45,680 nt of DNA from NCBI GenBank assembly GCA_947260035.1, contig CAMYOO010000041.1, positions 1-45,680 of the forward strand, read 5' to 3'. The position numbers were made by a program, and so were the translations under genes. The stretch's first letter is position 1. Every line of letters begins with the position of its first letter. The notes below the pieces were generated by a model, which was not told the origin of the DNA, searched no databases, and worked only from the letters and a program-made list of their open reading frames with translations. Source of the stretch: an uncultured delta proteobacterium. GTDB lineage: Bacteria; Myxococcota_A; UBA9160; JAFDET01. Shown one piece after another: positions 44,241-45,680 of the stretch.

Positions 44241-44900
44241 TTGCGGCACCTGCTTTCGGATCTTCTCGAGTTCTTTCTGCCGGGTGCATGCGCCGGCTGC
44301 GCCGCTGCGCTTCCTCGCGACGCGGCGCTGTGCGACGCCTGCGACGCGCGGCTGCCTCGCTTGATACCGCCCCGCGATCCGCGCCCGCCTGCGCCGTTGA
44401 CCGACAGCCTGGCGGGAGCCGCCTACGCGGGCGACTTCGAGTCGTGGATGCGCCGCTTCAAGGATCCCCGCCCGGGGCTGACGGGCTTCGATCCAGGAGC
44501 CGAGGCGGTGGCATTCGCCCTGATCCGCGAGGCCGCCGCCGGCCTGGACCACGCGCCGGACCACGTGGTTCCGGTGCCCCAGCACCCGCGCCGCCTGCGC
44601 GCGCGGGGCTTCCATCCGGCGGGTCTGCTGGCCCGGGAGGTGGCCCGGTCCCTGGACGCGCCGCTGGCGAGAGGCGCCCTGCTGCGCGTGCGCGACACCC
44701 CCAGTCAACGCGGCCTGGGCCGAGCGGCGCGGCGGGCCAACGTTCGGAACGCGTTCCGGGCATCGGGCGCACTGGCCGGCTGCGTGGTCCTGGTGGACGA
44801 CGTCACGACGACCGGCAGCACGCTGGCCGCGGCGGCCCGCGCCTTGCGCCGGGCGGGCGCCCGGCGGGTGGTGGGCGTCTGCGCTGCGCGAACCCTATGA
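44241..44900 (+). CDS. comF: ComF family protein (zinc ribbon plus PRTase domain)
   Basis: CAGC/CDAC, VVPVP, RGF, LVDDVTTTGST; TTG start with GGGGAG SD. Confidence 0.88.
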   Translation: MRHLLSDLLEFFLPGACAGCAAALPRDAALCDACDARLPRLIPPRDPRPPAPLTDSLAGAAYAGDFESWMRRFKDPRPGLTGFDPGAEAVAFALIREAAAGLDHAPDHVVPVPQHPRRLRARGFHPAGLLAREVARSLDAPLARGALLRVRDTPSQRGLGRAARRANVRNAFRASGALAGCVVLVDDVTTTGSTLAAAARALRRAGARRVVGVCAARTL

Positions 44901-45680
44901 GTCGTCCGGCTGTGCGGAGTAGACCGCCTCGAGGATCGCCTTGCGCAGCCGGGCCGGATCGACCGGCTTCTTGAAAATGACCGTGGACAGGCCGCGCAGC
45001 CGGCTGCGCTTGATGATGTGGTCCTTGTCGTAGGTGAAGGCCGTCATCATCAGCACGGGAAGATCCGGGTGCATCCGGTTCAACGCCGTATACAGCTCGT
45101 AACCGTCCATGCGGGGCATCACCACGTCGGTCACGACCACGTCCACCGGGCTCTCCTCCACCCGGGCCAGGGCCTCCTTGCCGTCGTGCGCCGTGCTCAC
45201 CACGCAGCCGTCGACTTCGAGAATCTCCGACAGCGTACGCAGGATTCCCAGGTCGTCGTCCACCACGAGAACGCGCAGGCCACTCAGACGCTCGTCGCTC
45301 TTGCCTTCCCAGCGCCGGCGCAGGTCGATCATGCGCGCCGGACCGATGTAGTCGACGGTCTCGTAGCTCTCCTGCTCGACCATCTCGCCCAGACGCTGGA
45401 GGATCTCGGAGATGCGCGCGATCTCGCGGCGAACCGCGTCCACGCGCTCCAGCTCCACCGAGGCGTCCGCCTCGTCGGCCAGCCGCATCAGATCCCGTTC
45501 CAACAGCTCGGTCTGATTGAGGATCACGGTGAGCGGGTTGTTGATCTCGTGGGACAGCCCGATCGCCACTTCGCCCAGGGTGGCGAGCTGATCCTTCTGG
45601 AGGATGTCGCGCAGGTCCTTGGCGAACCCGATGGTGCCGTCGTCCTCGCCGTTCTCGTCGAAGAGCATCACGCCGGAGAT
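44895..45680 (-). CDS. Signalling protein, 5'-truncated: PAS/PAC remnant, HisKA, receiver; no HATPase
   Basis: GTIGFAKDLR PAC end; SHEINNPL H-box; VLVVDDD, TDVVMP, KP receiver motifs. Confidence 0.85.
   Translation of the reverse strand: MSGVMLFDENGEDDGTIGFAKDLRDILQKDQLATLGEVAIGLSHEINNPLTVILNQTELLERDLMRLADEADASVELERVDAVRREIARISEILQRLGEMVEQESYETVDYIGPARMIDLRRRWEGKSDERLSGLRVLVVDDDLGILRTLSEILEVDGCVVSTAHDGKEALARVEESPVDVVVTDVVMPRMDGYELYTALNRMHPDLPVLMMTAFTYDKDHIIKRSRLRGLSTVIFKKPVDPARLRKAILEAVYSAQPDDS

Overview
High-GC bacterial chromosomal segment (about 70% by eye, not computed), most likely from a Myxococcota-related lineage given a RomX-like gene and deltaproteobacterial gene order. It is mostly housekeeping: rpsU-dnaG-rpoD, prfA-prmC-murA-hisDBH-[lipoprotein]-hisAF, rho, selA-HNH-minD/flhG-J/HTH-romX-rluD-pgeF, and rne/rng-rplU-rpmA-obgE-proBA-nadD-rsfS. 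No tRNA, rRNA, CRISPR array, transposase or prophage was seen. Main points of interest: (1) a bfd-bfr iron-storage module with Fur-like boxes sits directly upstream of a trio of zinc-free ribosomal proteins (S14, L31-B, L28), and bfr and rpsN share an identical 14-bp promoter core; (2) a secreted bacterial protease with the tandem Nma111/DEG7 architecture; (3) a RomX polarity-factor locus; (4) two families of small palindromic repeats, one replacing the bfr 3' end and one supplying a gene's start codon; (5) a 9-bp tandem repeat in a divergent glycosyltransferase/methyltransferase promoter at the site normally occupied by rpmE; (6) recurrent leaderless-type promoters. dnaG and pgeF carry deletion-frameshifts that are probably assembly lesions. 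All protein calls come from motif recognition, not database searches.
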